64,000 nt of DNA from Rebecca billardiae RCC1528. Lineage: Eukaryota > Protista > Haptophyta. Shown piece by piece: positions 24,944-37,161 of this stretch (position 1 is its first letter; each line of letters starts with the position of its first letter). Both the position numbers and the translations under genes were made by a program. The stretch spans positions 124,001 to 188,000 of the forward strand of contig OZ251242.1 of assembly GCA_965240325.2 (NCBI GenBank), written 5' to 3'. The notes under the pieces were generated by a model. It worked only from the letters and a program-made list of their open reading frames with translations. It ran no database searches and was not told the DNA's origin.

Positions 24944-27900
24944 CTAGCGGACGGCGCGCCGCCCTTGCCGCCCGGCAGCCTTCGGCTTGGAGTTGGAACG
25001 CTCGCCGTTCGCGCCGTCGGCGGCGCGGCTCTTGCGCCGCGCGCTGCCCGCACTCGGCGAGCCGTCGGCAGCGGCGGCGGCGGCGGCGGCGGCGGCTGCG
25101 CCGCGGCGTGCGCGCGGCGTGCGCGCACCGCCGTTGGCAGCGGCCGCGTTGCGCGCCGCGCCGCCCACCCCGTCAGCCGGCGCATCGCGCCGCTTGCGCC
25201 CCCGCCGCCCGCCCTCCTCCTCCTCCTCCTCGTCCTGGTCGGCAGCGGCCCGCTCAGCCGCGCGGACGGGCGGCTCCGCACGCCGCGCGGCGCCGAGCGC
25301 GCCGGTGGGCTCCGCTGGCGCGGCCGCGTCCGTGCCGGCGGGGAGGGTGGGCGGCGCAGCGGCAGCCGCCGGGCGCTGCAGTCGGATCGGCTCGACGGCC
25401 GGCCTCGGCCGCTTGGGCGCGCGCGCGCCCCGGGCGCCGCCGTCCGCCGCGCCGCGCAGCCGTGCCTGCAGAAGCCCAGCGGGCGCCGCCTCTGCCGCCG
25501 CCGCCGCCGCCGCGCCCTCACCCGCGCCCGCGCCAACCTCCGCCACGGCCGCCCCGCCGCCCGCCAGCTGCGCGGGCGCTCCCAGCGCGTTCATCGCGTG
25601 CAGCGTCAGCCCGAGGAAGGAGGTGCTCTGCAGCAGCCTGTGGACCGCACGCGCACACCGCGCACGCGCGGGCGCGCGGGCGCCGCGCGGCGCGTCAGCG
25701 CAGCGCCGTGTGCGGAGGGGCGGGCTGGGCGCGCGGGCACGCGCGCTCGGGCGGGGCGCGGGTGGATAGGGTTAGGGTTAGGGGGTTAGGGTTAGGGGTA
25801 GGGTGAGGGCTGGGGCGCGCACCGATCGAGCCGCTCGTAGTGGCGCTGCGTGTACGGCAGCAAAGCCTCGAGCACCTTGCGCATGCCGCCCGGCGTGGCG
25901 GCGGCGGTGGCGGCGGTGGCGGCGGCGGAGGGCGCCACCGGGCCCGCGGCCGCGCCGCCGCCCGCCGCCGCCGCGCCCTCGGCGGCGCCGGCGGCGGGCG
26001 CGGTGCGCAGGAAGAGCGCGCGCACGTCGGCGCGCGCGAGCAGCGTCGTCAGCACGCGCTGCGCGGCGAGCGAGCGGTGCGCCGTCGTGTTCCACTCCGC
26101 AGCGCACGCCAGCCACGCGGCGGCACTCGGCGCGTCCGCGTCCGCGAGCGCGGCCGCGAGCGCCGCCTCGCCGCCCGGCTTGGCCAGCACGCTCTGCACG
26201 GTGGAGAGCGCGGTGCGCGGGCGGTTCAGCTTGATGGCTAGCGCGAGCGCACCCGCATACTCTTCGTCCGCGAGGAGATTGGAGAGCGACTGCTCCGCCG
26301 CCATCGCCTCGCGGCCGGCGGCGCGCGCCGCGGCCGCCACCTCCACAGTCGAGTCCCGCCACACCAAGAGCCTACCGTCCGCGCCGGCTGAGAGGAGGTG
26401 CTGCGAGGGGCGCGCGGAGGCGGCGGGGAGTGCTGCGCCGGCCGGCGGCGGCAGGGTTGCCCCGGCTGCCGGCTCGCCCACGCCGCCGCCCGGCCCCTTC
26501 GCACCCGCACCCGCACCCGCACCGCCGCTCGCCCCCGCCCCCGCCCGCGCCTGCGCGGCCGGCGCGTGTGCGTGCGGCTGCGCGGGCGGCAGGTGTTCAA
26601 GCGCCCACACGCGCTGCTCGTGGCCCTCCAGGCTGAGGGTGCACTCGCCGCTCTGAACCACGCGGAGGGAGGGGACGCGCGTGTGTACGCGCGCGGGGGG
26701 GAGGGCGGAGGCAGGCAGCCGGGGGCCGAGTGAGCCGCGTGTCGAGCGGGCGCGCGCGCGGCGCGCTCGGCGCGCGCTCGGCGCGGGGCCGGCGGGCGCG
26801 CCATGCGCTTTCGTGCCGCCGCACCTTGGCGGTCCAGAGCTTGAGCAGGCCGTCCGCACCGGCGGAGGCGAGCTGCACGCCGCCCTGCAGCCAGCGCACG
26901 CGCACCACCGGGCCCGCGTGCCCCTCGAGCGTGCGCACGCACGCGCAGTCCGCGAGCGACCACAGCCGCACGGTGCAGTCCGCGCCCGCGCTCGCAGCCA
27001 CGCGCTCGACCGGTGAGAGCGCCACCGCCCACACGCCGCGCCGGTGGCCGCTGAGCGTGCCGGTGTGGCGCAGCTCGCCGCCCGCCTCGACCGAGTACAC
27101 GCGCAGGCTCTTGTCCAGCGACGCGCTCACCAGCACGCTGCCGGGCGGCGAGAGCGCGATGTCGTTGATCTCCTTGGCGTGCGCGACGACGGACGCGCTC
27201 GCGCGCAGCTGCAGCAGCGGCGGCGGCGGTGGCGCGGCCGCGGCGGCGGCGGCGGCGCGCTCGGCGGCGCCGGGCGCGGAGTCGCGCCGGCGGCGCTGCT
27301 TCGCGCGCGGCTGCTCGGACGCCGCCTCCGCGCCGCCGCCCGCCGCGCGCCACGCGCGCATCGCCGCGCCCGCGCCCCACGCCTTGAGCGTGCGGTCCTT
27401 GGAGCCACTGAACAAGGTGCCGGTGTGCGAGCACAGTGCGAGCGCGGCGCACGGCTCGGTGTGGCCGACGCCGACGGCGACGGCGGAGGCGGTGGGCGCG
27501 TGCCACAGCCGCACCGTCGCGTCCTTGCTCGCGCTCGCCAGCCACTCGCCGTCCGCCGACGCCGCCACCGCCAGCACCACGTCCGAGTGCCCGCGCAGCG
27601 CCACGCACCGCCCACTCGCCGGCGCCAGCAGCCGCACGGCCGCGGAGTTGGTTGCCAGGGCGACGAGCGGAAGCGAGGCGGCGGCGGCCGCGGCGGCGTC
27701 GTCGGCCGCCGCCGAGCCGGCGGGCTCGGCGGGCGCGGGCGGCAGCGGCGGCGGCGCGGCGCTCGCGCCCGGAGCCCCCGCCGCCGCCTCCAGCCGGCCC
27801 GACTCGATCTCGCGGCGCGAGATTGGCAGCGTGGCGAGATCGACTATCTCGCCCAGATTGGGCGCGAGATATGAGCTGGGCGCTCCGCGGTGCAGCCAGC

Positions 27901-27995
27901 CGTAGGGCGCGGGGCTCGGCGGCGCGGAGAGCGCGCCGAGGGAGACCTCGCACACGCGCAGCGAGAGCTCCGCGTCCCAGCTCACGCACCGCACC

Positions 27996-28063
<68 letters not shown>

Positions 28064-28253
28064 GCCCGCCGCCGCCGCGGGCGCGGGCGCGGGCAGGAGC
28101 GCGAGGCCGCCCAGGGCGGGCGGGCGCTCGGCGGCGGGGAGCTCGGCGCTGGCGCCCGCGCCGGCGCCCGCCACGCACTTGCCCGTCTCGATCGCCCACA
28201 GCCGCAGCGCGCCCGCCTCGCCCGCGCTCAGCGCGCACAGCTGCGACCGAGCT

Positions 28254-28295
<42 letters not shown>

Positions 28296-29011
28296 AGCTC
28301 GACCACGGCGACGCCCTCGACGGCCTCGCGCGTGGGGATGGTGCGCGTGGGCGTGCCCGCCTGCGCGTCCCACACGATCAGCACGCGGTCGCGCCCGCCC
28401 GTCACCAGCGTCCGCCCGTCCGGCGAGAAGGCCATGCAGCTTGGTGCCGACATGTGGCCGCTCAGCCGCGCGCGCACGCGCGAGGTCCGGAGGTCCCAGC
28501 TGAGGAGGGCGCCGTCGGCGGAGGCGGAGTAGAGCTGCAGCACGGCCGGGTCGGGGTGGAACGCCACGCGCACCACCGGCGCGCCGTGCCCGCGCAGCGC
28601 GTGCGTCGCGTACCCGCGCTCCGCGTCGAACACGAACACTGCCTTGTCGGCGGCGGCGCTCGCCACCAGGGTGCCGGTCGGGTCGTAGGCGAGGTGGGCG
28701 ACGGGGGCGCGGTGCGCGGCCTTCCACGCGCGCACGGGCTCGGGCGCCGCCCCGCCCAGCGCCCACGCGCGCAGCGTCATCGAGCGCCCCGCCGTCACCA
28801 GCGCCGCACCCGTCGGGTGCACCGCAAACGCGCAGTACGTGTCCCCCTCAGCGGGCACGCGCGCGCGCACGCGGCCGGTGGCGAGGTCGAGCACGGCGAG
28901 CGCGTCGTCGCAGAGGCACACGACGGCGCGGCCGTCCGCCGTCGGCTCGACGGGGCCGCCCGTGTACGCGGGCTCGAGGCGGAGCACCTCGGCGAAGGCC
29001 TGCGCCGCCAT
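24944..29011 (-). CDS. TBL3: Transducin beta-like 3 / U3 snoRNA-associated protein 13 (WD40 repeats plus Utp13 C-terminal domain); exons 29011-26825, 26652-25823, 25637-24944
   Basis: N-terminal EPAYTGG, many GH..W[D/S] WD40 repeats, AHAKEIND, GHRRGVW. Utp13 domain EWNTT...AQRVL...LLPYTQRHYERLDR|LLQSTSFL. Two GT..CAG introns (26824-26653, 25822-25638) restore the frame. Confidence 0.9.
25766..25810 (+). repeat. Interstitial telomere-like (TTAGGG)n array in TBL3 intron 2 (CCCTAA on the sense strand)
   Basis: gatagggttagggttagggggttagggttaggggtagggtgaggg. Confidence 0.9.
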
Positions 29012-29204
29012 GGTGGGCACGTGATGCGCGCAAGCTCGCCACCAAGCGCGTGCCCTGCCGCTGCGCCCGCCCGCCGCTCGGCCAACTCGCGCCCGGCCAA
29101 GGGCCGTGGCCCGGCCTCGATCGAGTGCTTGTGCAGGGAGGAGTCCGGACGCGCGTGACGGCCTGACGGGCGCAGTCCGGCGACGGTTTGAAAACGCCAG
29201 CAGC

Positions 29205-30038
29205 ATGGCTGGGGGCGCTTGCCAGCCGGTGCAGATGGCCTTCGCGGCGGCACAGGCGCCGTCGATGCAGGCGGTGGCCGCGGCGGCGCGCGCCAAGCCG
29301 GCGCGCGCCGAAGTGTCCGCCCACGCCACCCCACGCCCCGCCGACGCGTCCGGCTACGCGTCCGGCGGCGGGTACGCCCGGCAGCACGGCGCGGCCGCGG
29401 GCGCGGCCGCGGCGAGCGCCGACGAGCGGCACGCGATGCTGCGGCGTGAGACGGAGGCGCGCCGCCGCCGGATCATGCAGGTGCAGTCGGTCTTCACCGA
29501 GGCGGTCGAGCGCGAGCGCCGCGACGCGCTCGCCGCGCACCGCGCCCGGCTGCGCTCGCAGATCGACAGCAACTTGCGCGCGGGCGGCGCACAGGCCAAC
29601 GAGCTCCCGCCAAACGTCTTCGCGCGGCTGCCGCTGACGCCGCGCGGCGCGCAGCCGGAGCCGGCGCGCGTGGGCGACGCGGCGCAGTACGCCACGCCCG
29701 AGGCGCACGAGCCCCAGCGCCGCGCGCTCAAGCAGTGCCTGCCGGCTGCGCGCGAGCGCGAGGCTCCCGCGCCGCAGCCGCCGCCGCAGCAGCAGCAGCA
29801 GCAGCAGCGGCCGCTGGCGCCTGCCGGCGACGACAGCCCAGCGCGTGAGTGGCACAGCCAGCCGCGCGTGCAGCTGGCGCACGCCGTCGGGGACGACGCG
29901 TCGGCCGTGCGCCACAACGCGCGCTACGGCGGCGCGGCGCAGCAGCCGCCGCCACAGCCGCAGCCAAGGCAGCAGTGGCAGCAGCAGCAGCAGCAGCCGC
30001 AGCAGCAGTCGCCGCCACAGCCGCAGCCAAGGCAGCAG

Positions 30039-30072
<34 letters not shown>

Positions 30073-32147
30073 CGCCGCCACAGCCGCAGCCAAGGCAGCA
30101 GTGGCAGCAGCAGCAGCAGCAGCAGCAGCAGTCGCCGCCACAGCCGCAGCCAAGGCAGCAGCAGCAGCAGCCGTTGGCGATCGCGCCACCGCGCGACGAC
30201 GCGGACAGCGCGACGGACGCGCGCATCCAGGAGCTGCTGCGCACGCTCGACCTCGAGGCGGGCTGCGCGGCGGACGCGGCGCGGCCCGCGGCGGTGCTGG
30301 CCGCGCGCTACCAGCGCGCAGTGGCATGCGCGGCCGCGGCGCCGCCGCCGGGCGCGCCGGGCGCGCCGGGCGCGCCGGGCGCGCAGGGCGGCGGGCGCGA
30401 CGCGCCGTCCTCGTCCGAGTCCTTCTCCTCCGACACCGACACCGACTCCGACTCCGAGCCGTCAGAGCCCTCCTCCTCCGAGGAAGACGACGCCGACGCC
30501 GACGCCGGCGATGGCGCGCAGTGGCACCGGCCGCGCGCGCCGCGCCGCGCGCTCCGCGCCGCGCGCGCCGAGCAAGCGGGCGCGCGCGCGGGCGCGGATC
30601 ATCAGAGCATCGGCTCGGACTCGCTGCGCTCGCTGGACGCGGCGGACGAGGCGCGGCGCGTGGACCAGCTCGACGGGGCGCTGCACGCGCTGCGGCCGCG
30701 CCGCCGCGCCGCCGCGCCGGCCGACGCCGCCGCCGCCGCCGCGCCGCGCGCGGCGGCCGCAGCGCCCGCGGCTGGCGCGGCCGCGCGCGCCGTGCGCTCG
30801 CCCGGCCGATCGACGCGCCACTTCCTGCTCGCCGAGGCGCTCGCCGAGCGCAGCAGCGTGAGCGCCTCGCAGCTGCTCACCCTTGTCAGCGAGGGCGCCG
30901 GACGCGCGCCAGAGGGCGGCGCGCCCGCCGCGCCCGCGCGCGGCGGCGCCGCCTCCGACGAGCCGCGCGCGCGCGCTGAGCCCGCGGCGGCGGCGCGGCG
31001 CGGCGCGCGCGGCGGCGGCGCGCGGCCGACGGTCGACGTGCTCCGCTCGCTCGCCGGCGCGGAGGCGGAGGAGGTGCGGCTCGCCAACTCGCTGGCGCGT
31101 CTCGAGCGCCTGCTCGCCGCGCGCGAGCGTCGCACGGAGCGCTCCGCGGGCGGCACCGACGACGCGGCCTCGGAGGCGGACGGCGCGGCCGGCGCGGCGG
31201 GCGGCGGCGCGGCGGTGCGGCCGGCGCGCGGGGGCGACGCCAGCAGCGGCTGCGCGGTGGACGCGCCAGCTGCGCCGCCGCAGCCGCGGCAGCCCGCCCG
31301 CGGCCGTGCGCTGCAGCCGCCGCCGCCGCCCGCCGCAGCGGCGCCGCAGCCCTTCAGCAGCATGGCTGCCGCGCCGGCGCCAAGCCGCGCGGCGGCGGCG
31401 CCCGAGCCGACGGGTGCGGCCGCGGGGGAGCGGCGCAGGGCGGTCCGGCCGATCAGCGGCGGCTGTGCGTGCGCGGTGCAGCTGCCCGACGCGTCCGCCC
31501 CGGCGGTGCCGGGCGCGCCGGCCGGCTCTGCCGCGCGCGCGATCGCCGCCGCGCGCGCTGCGTCGGCTGGCGCGCTCCGCGCCGCCGCCGCCGGCCCATC
31601 CGCTGGCGCAGGCGCCGGGCGCGGCGCATCGGGCGCGCGCTCGGCGCGGCTCGTGCCTCGCAGCGCGCCCCTCGTGCACGCCGCAGCGCCGGAGGTCGTC
31701 CACGCGGACGCGCCGCGCGCGCGCATCGTCCCGCGCACGCGCCACGCCGCGCCGCCGCCGCCCTTCCTCCCCATCCCGCCGGGCTCGGCGGCATCCTCCG
31801 TCGCGTCCGCGCCCGCGGCGGGCGCGCGGCTGCCGCCGCTCGCGCCGCGCGCAGGCGGGAGCGCGCGTGCGCGCGCGAGCGCGTACGGTTGCGCCGAGCC
31901 GCCGCCGACAGCGGCGTCCTCGGTCTGCTCGGCGCCGGCGCACTGCGCGGCCGAGCTCTCGGCGGCCGAGTGGCGCGGGCCCGGCGGCGCGGCGCGGCGC
32001 GGCGCGGGCGCGGGAACGTCGCTCAACCGAACGCACCGCACGGGGTACGCCGCGGCCGCGGCCGCGGCGCGCGCCGCCGCGCGACTCGAGGTGCCGGACA
32101 CGAGCGCTGGCGCCGAGCTGCCCGGCCGGCGGCGCCGGCGGTGGTGA
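29205..32147 (+). CDS. Uncharacterised low-complexity protein with coiled-coil segments and Q/P repeats
   Basis: Long ORF with natural-looking helical segments (ERHAMLRRETEARRRRIMQVQSVF; EAEEVRLANSLARLERLL) and an acidic S/D/E tract. Divergent from TBL3. Start codon uncertain (29205 or 29235). Confidence 0.6.
29940..30170 (+). repeat. Coding minisatellite, 4 copies of about 60 bp encoding (S/P)PPQPQPRQQWQn
   Basis: Repeated ccgccacagccgcagccaaggcagcag(tgg) followed by variable CAG runs. Confidence 0.9.
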
Positions 32148-33009
32148 TTACGAGCGGCGCACTCGGGCCGACTCGGTGCGGCAGAGTTCGACCCGGTGCC
32201 CGCCCGTCTGTCGGACCCGCGCGGAGTCCCGGTCGGCCACCGTGCCGACGGCGACCGGGTCGGCGCCGAGTGCGACCGGTCAGACGACAGACTGCTCAGA
32301 TTGTAGAGGCTGCCAGTCCGAGTTCAGGTCGGCGGTAGGCCGATGCAGCCCTGGCTAGTCCAGTGGCACCCGTCGACACGGGAGAGTGCGCGTCCGCAGA
32401 TGTGAGCGCCGGCGGGTGCCGCCGGTACCGTGCCGCCATGCTGTCATTCATTCATTGCACTGAGTTGCGCTCGTCGCTCCGAGTGGAAAGAATGCAAGCC
32501 GAATTCTTTCTCGGGGCGAATCCTGGACCGCCGGCACGAGCCACCGAACCTTTGAGGAAGTATGACTACTCGGGCTGTGGTTCGGCCAGACATGCGCGCA
32601 TCGAATCCTGGACCTTCGCTTGCGCCAATCGCGCGCACGCGCGCGCTCGATCGACGGAACCTCGATTAGGCGAGCTTTTGTGCTTGATTGGCGCGCTGTC
32701 CGAATGAGTTGGCTCTTGAAGCGGACTGTGGTGCAAAATGACAGGCGCCGACCAAACCCGCCGCGCACCGACCAATCGCGCTTGAGCTGGGCCGATCAAA
32801 CTCGATCTGGCGACTTATGCGACGAAATACGCCTGTACTAATCAGAAGCTCAACATCCCCGTTCGACGAATTGCGAGGGTACGAGGTTTGAGCCACGGCG
32901 AACATCCGTCTCGCTCGCCCCTTCTCGCCCATTGGCTCGGCCTGGGCCCACCCTCGCCGCGGGCGTTTGTCGCCCGCGCTCTTCACCTCCTGCACGGCTC
33001 GCCGTGCGC

Positions 33010-35445
33010 ATGGCGCTCGACCTGCTCGCGGCGGCCGCGTGCGACCAGCCCTCCGAGGCGCCGCCGCCCGTCCTCGCCGCGCCGCGCCCCCGCGACGACG
33101 AGCACGCGGGCGCGCCCGCGCGCAGCGTGCGGCGCAAGCTTGCCGCTGACGGCGCGCACGCGGGCGCGAGCAGCGCGCAGCGGGCGGCGCCAACGGGCAG
33201 GCCGACGGCCGCGTCACCTCGGCCCGCGAGCGCCGAGAAGCCGCGCGCCGACACGCCCACGCCGTGCGCCCGGCCGCCGCCCAAGGCGCTCGGGCTGGGC
33301 GCGTGGTGTGCGCACAGCAGACACACCTCGATCGCTCCGGCGCCGGCGGCGCAGCCCGCGCCGGCGCAGGTGAGCGTGAGCGTGGCGCCGGCGGGGGCGT
33401 CGCGCGGCGAGTACGCCGTGCCGACCCCCACCGCCTCGGCCCACGCCGCACAGCCCGCGTGGGGCGGGGCCGCGCGGCCGTGCGCACCGCTTTGCCTCCC
33501 TGGCCTCGCGGCGGGCGCTGTGCTCATGCGGCCCTCTGAGTCCGGGAGCGCTCCCGGACTGCAGCTCATGCGGCTGCCGCTGCAGCAGCCGCAGAGGCGC
33601 GGCGCGGCGCAGCTGCCCTCGGCGAGGGCGCACGCGGGGCAGCCGCACGCGGCGCAGCCGCGCCAGCAGCCCGTCCGGCTGCTGCCTCAGCCCGCCGCGC
33701 CGGCGCAGCCGCCATTGCAGCCGTGCCACGCTCCAGCGCGCCCGGGCGGCGCGGCCGCTACGGCGCACGCGCCGCCGCATGGCGGCGGCGCCGGCGCACA
33801 TGCCGGCGCGCTTCCGGGCCCGCGCGTGCTTATGGGCGCGCCGCCGCCCGTCGACGCGCAGCGCCACGCGCCGCGCGTGCACGCGCCGCGCGCGGGCTCG
33901 GCGGGCGGCGGCGCGGGCGGCGGCGCGGGCGGCGGCGCGGGCGGCGGCGCGGGCGGCGGCGCGGGCGGCGGCTTCCGGCTGTTGCTGCCGGCGCCCGTGG
34001 CGCAGCGGACGTCGGCGGCGGCGGCGGCGCACGGCACGGCGCAGCACACGCGGCCCGTTGCGTTGGGCGTGAGCATGCCGGTGCACCCGCACCCGCCGAT
34101 CAGGCTGCAGCCCACCTGCGCCTCAACCGCCGCCGCCGCGGCCGCCGCCGCCGCCGCTGCCTCCGCCTCGTCGAACGCGCTGTGCGCGGCCGCGCCGCAC
34201 TGCGCGGCCGCGCGGCGAGCGCAGCCGGCGCAGCTGCGGCAGCTGCAGCAATGGCAGCAGCTGCAGCTACTGCTCGCGTCGCAGCAGCAGGGGCAGCAGG
34301 GGCAAGGCCCGCTGCTGCTCCCGCAGCTGCCGCCGCCGCCGCCGGCGCAGCCGCCGGCCGGCGCAGCGCGGAGGCAGCAGCTTGCGGCCGCCGGGCCACC
34401 GCCACCGCCGCCAACTTCCAGATCGCTCGCGGCTGCGGCCGCGCTGCCCCCCGCTGGGGCGTGGCTCTCACCGCCCGCGCCGCCGAGCGCGGGGCAGCTC
34501 TCGCCGCCGCCACCCGTCACTCTTGCCTTGCCGCCCCCGGCCGGCGCGCCCGCCGCCGCCGCGCCCGCGTGGCCCACCCGGCACGGCGCGCCGCGCGCGC
34601 CTACTGCCCCCGCGCCCTGCGGCAGCCCGGCTGCAGAGGGTGCGTACCTCTCGGACTCGTCGACGGGCGCGCCGGAGGCGGCGGCGTGCTGGCCCCGGGC
34701 GCGGTGCGCGGGCGCGGCGGCGCCCGCAGCCGCGGGCGTGCCGTGCGCCGCGCCGGCGGCCGCGCCTGTGCTGCTGCTCGCGCGCGCGCGGGACGCGGGC
34801 GCGCCCGCGGCCGCCGCGCCGCCGCCGCCACCTCCGCTCTCTCTTGCAGCGATGCCGCCGCCGCTGCCGCCGCCGCCGCGCCCCGCGCCGGCCAGGCTGG
34901 GCCCGGACCTGGGCGGGCGGATGGGCACCGAGTGCGAGTCCGAGCTCGAGGCCCCGTGCCCCGGCTCGCCCGTGCACGCCGCCTCCGCCGCCGCGCCGGG
35001 CGGCGGCGTGCACACCGCTCGCAAGATCAGGACGACGCGCCAGCCCAAGTCTGCGTTTGTCGGCGTCTCCTCGCGCTCCGACGGCAAGTACAAGGCGGTG
35101 GTGGTGTTCCAGGGGCAGTCGATCTTCATCGGCGCGTTCGGCTCCGAGGGCGAGGCCGCGCTGCACTACGACGCCGTCGCCGCGCCCCTCGGCAAGCGCG
35201 TGAACGACGACGAGCGCGCGCGCACGCTGTGCGAGCGCTTTGACGAGGAGACGCGCGCGATCGCGGCCGCGGTGCGCGACGTGGACCACGCGCTCGTGCG
35301 CACGCTGGCCAAGGTGGTGTGCGCCCGGGTCGCGGCGGAGGCGCGGCCGACGCCGCCGCTGCCCATGCCACCGCCGCAGGCCGCGGGTGCGGCGGACGCC
35401 ACGACGCCGCCGCCCACGGCCGCGCCCGCCGCAGCAGCTCGATAG
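33010..35445 (+). CDS. AP2/ERF-domain transcription factor-like protein (AP2 domain near the C-terminus, about 35045-35195)
   Basis: SAFVGVSSRSDGKYKAVVVFQGQSIFIGAFGSEGEAALHYDAVA matches the AP2 consensus (S.FRGV....GKW.A.I......YLG.F.SEEEAA.AYD). Pro/Gln-rich activation-like region. Confidence 0.78.
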   Translation: MALDLLAAAACDQPSEAPPPVLAAPRPRDDEHAGAPARSVRRKLAADGAHAGASSAQRAAPTGRPTAASPRPASAEKPRADTPTPCARPPPKALGLGAWCAHSRHTSIAPAPAAQPAPAQVSVSVAPAGASRGEYAVPTPTASAHAAQPAWGGAARPCAPLCLPGLAAGAVLMRPSESGSAPGLQLMRLPLQQPQRRGAAQLPSARAHAGQPHAAQPRQQPVRLLPQPAAPAQPPLQPCHAPARPGGAAATAHAPPHGGGAGAHAGALPGPRVLMGAPPPVDAQRHAPRVHAPRAGSAGGGAGGGAGGGAGGGAGGGAGGGFRLLLPAPVAQRTSAAAAAHGTAQHTRPVALGVSMPVHPHPPIRLQPTCASTAAAAAAAAAAASASSNALCAAAPHCAAARRAQPAQLRQLQQWQQLQLLLASQQQGQQGQGPLLLPQLPPPPPAQPPAGAARRQQLAAAGPPPPPPTSRSLAAAAALPPAGAWLSPPAPPSAGQLSPPPPVTLALPPPAGAPAAAAPAWPTRHGAPRAPTAPAPCGSPAAEGAYLSDSSTGAPEAAACWPRARCAGAAAPAAAGVPCAAPAAAPVLLLARARDAGAPAAAAPPPPPPLSLAAMPPPLPPPPRPAPARLGPDLGGRMGTECESELEAPCPGSPVHAASAAAPGGGVHTARKIRTTRQPKSAFVGVSSRSDGKYKAVVVFQGQSIFIGAFGSEGEAALHYDAVAAPLGKRVNDDERARTLCERFDEETRAIAAAVRDVDHALVRTLAKVVCARVAAEARPTPPLPMPPPQAAGAADATTPPPTAAPAAAAR

Positions 35446-36693
35446 CCGCCGGCCGCGCGTCGGCGTCGCGCGCGCTGACGTCATCGGCTGATCGCGTCCG
35501 AGCCCGAGGCTAGAAGGCGCGTGCGCGCATATGTATCAGCATACTGCATCACCAGTAGTGTCAGCATCGATGTATGATCACGTCCGCGAGCGGTCGCGGC
35601 AGATCCGAGATCGAGCGGCCACAGCATCACGGTGACTGTCGTCTGACTGACTACGGCACGACTCGTCGACTACAGCTGCGTGCCCGTTACAGCGCGCGTC
35701 GCCCGGTCGCCGCGCTACTGCCGCTGCGACTCGGACTCTGCATCACCGTCTGCGCCTGCGGACTCGGTCCGTGCGGCCCGTGACCGCGTGACCCGGTCGC
35801 CTCCGTCGGTCTCGGAGTCGGAAGGAAGTAGTATAGCATCAGTAGTCCGCGCAGAATGGCGGGCGGTGTCCGGTCGTCGTCGTCATGCACTCATTCTATG
35901 ATTTAACGACACAGGTAGGACGACGCGGGTCTCCTGATTCGTCGGCGGCAGTGCCCGATCGTCGACACGAAGTCGGCGTTGGTGGCAGAGCATAGCCTGC
36001 ACCGCGATCGTAAAGCTTGAGCGCGGCCTTGAGCTGCTGGAGCGCGATCCACCTGCGCTGCGCGGCTCGCATGGCCCTGCTGTGCCCCGAGCGAGGGCGA
36101 TGGTGCAGGTCCGGATGTCAGCTGGCAGTCTCAGCCGCTGGTAGCAGCTGGTCGAGCCTGCCCCGTGCTCCCCGAGCGGTCGCGTACGCGCCTGCCGCTC
36201 GAGCCAGCTGGCTGGCTGGCGGCGGCTGGCGCTGCGGCGTCGTCCAGGGTGCGCCTTCGTCCGGCCGCTGCTGCGGCAGCTCCTCGTCGTCCAAGTCGTC
36301 GCCCGGGGGCGAGTCTCGGTCCTCGTGGAGCGGGCACTATATGTCGTCGACCGAAGGCTAACATATTACATAAACAGTGAACACTCTCTGTCACGACTCA
36401 ACTCGCGGGGCCGCGGCATAAGACGCGGCGGAGTTCCCGCGCGAGGCTGAGTGATATATATGCTGCTGCCGCCACACTGACTGGGTGGAGCCTGCGCAGC
36501 TCGCTGAGCTCAAGCTGGACCAGCTGGTGCCAGACCGTGCTGTCAGCAGGCGACAGCGGGCGCGGCGCGGCTGCTGCACGGAAAGCTGACCGTCCGCGCG
36601 CCGGTCGACGACGGTCGCGGCCCCCTGCCGGTCACGGATGGCCGAGGTGTGCGCGTTCATCGTTGGCTTGAACCACGCGGAAGCCGAGGCGGA

Positions 36694-37161
36694 CTACTCT
36701 GGGAGCGAGCACTCGCACCCGCGCCACGAAGGCACGTGGACCGTCCCGACGCCGCTCTCGTACCGGCAGGCGAGGTAGAGCAGCGTCGTCTCGTCCTGGA
36801 TGCCTGTGCCCGTCGGGTCGTCGCACGTGCATGCCACGCGGCACTGCGGGGCCGAGCTCCCCGCGGGGCTGGTGCACCACGTGCAGTCCGGGTCCGTTTC
36901 GCACTGCGTCATGGAGAGCGAGGGGCACTTGCGGAAGACGTCTTCGGCCGGGCAAACCGTGCACGGGCCCTCCCACAAGCCGCCGTCGTCGTCGTCGTCG
37001 TCGCCGCCGGACCCATCGTCGTTGGGACTAGATGGAGACAGATTGGGCGTCGGCATGGGCGTCGGAGTAGGCGTAGCGGGCTCGGGGTTGTGGTGGAAGT
37101 GGCCGAATGCGCTTGCTCGTGCGCACAGCGCCAGCGCGATCGCGAATATGAAGGCCTTCAT
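36694..37161 (-). CDS. Small secreted cysteine-rich protein (155 aa)
   Basis: Signal peptide MKAFIFAIALALCARASA, a PT/acidic linker, then 12 Cys in the C-terminal ~90 aa. Confidence 0.72.
   Translation of the reverse strand: MKAFIFAIALALCARASAFGHFHHNPEPATPTPTPMPTPNLSPSSPNDDGSGGDDDDDDGGLWEGPCTVCPAEDVFRKCPSLSMTQCETDPDCTWCTSPAGSSAPQCRVACTCDDPTGTGIQDETTLLYLACRYESGVGTVHVPSWRGCECSLPE

Noticed and set aside
29940-30170. CRISPR-like repeat/spacer pattern
   Set aside because: The spacers are only CAG runs within a coding frame, the context is eukaryotic and there are no cas genes.
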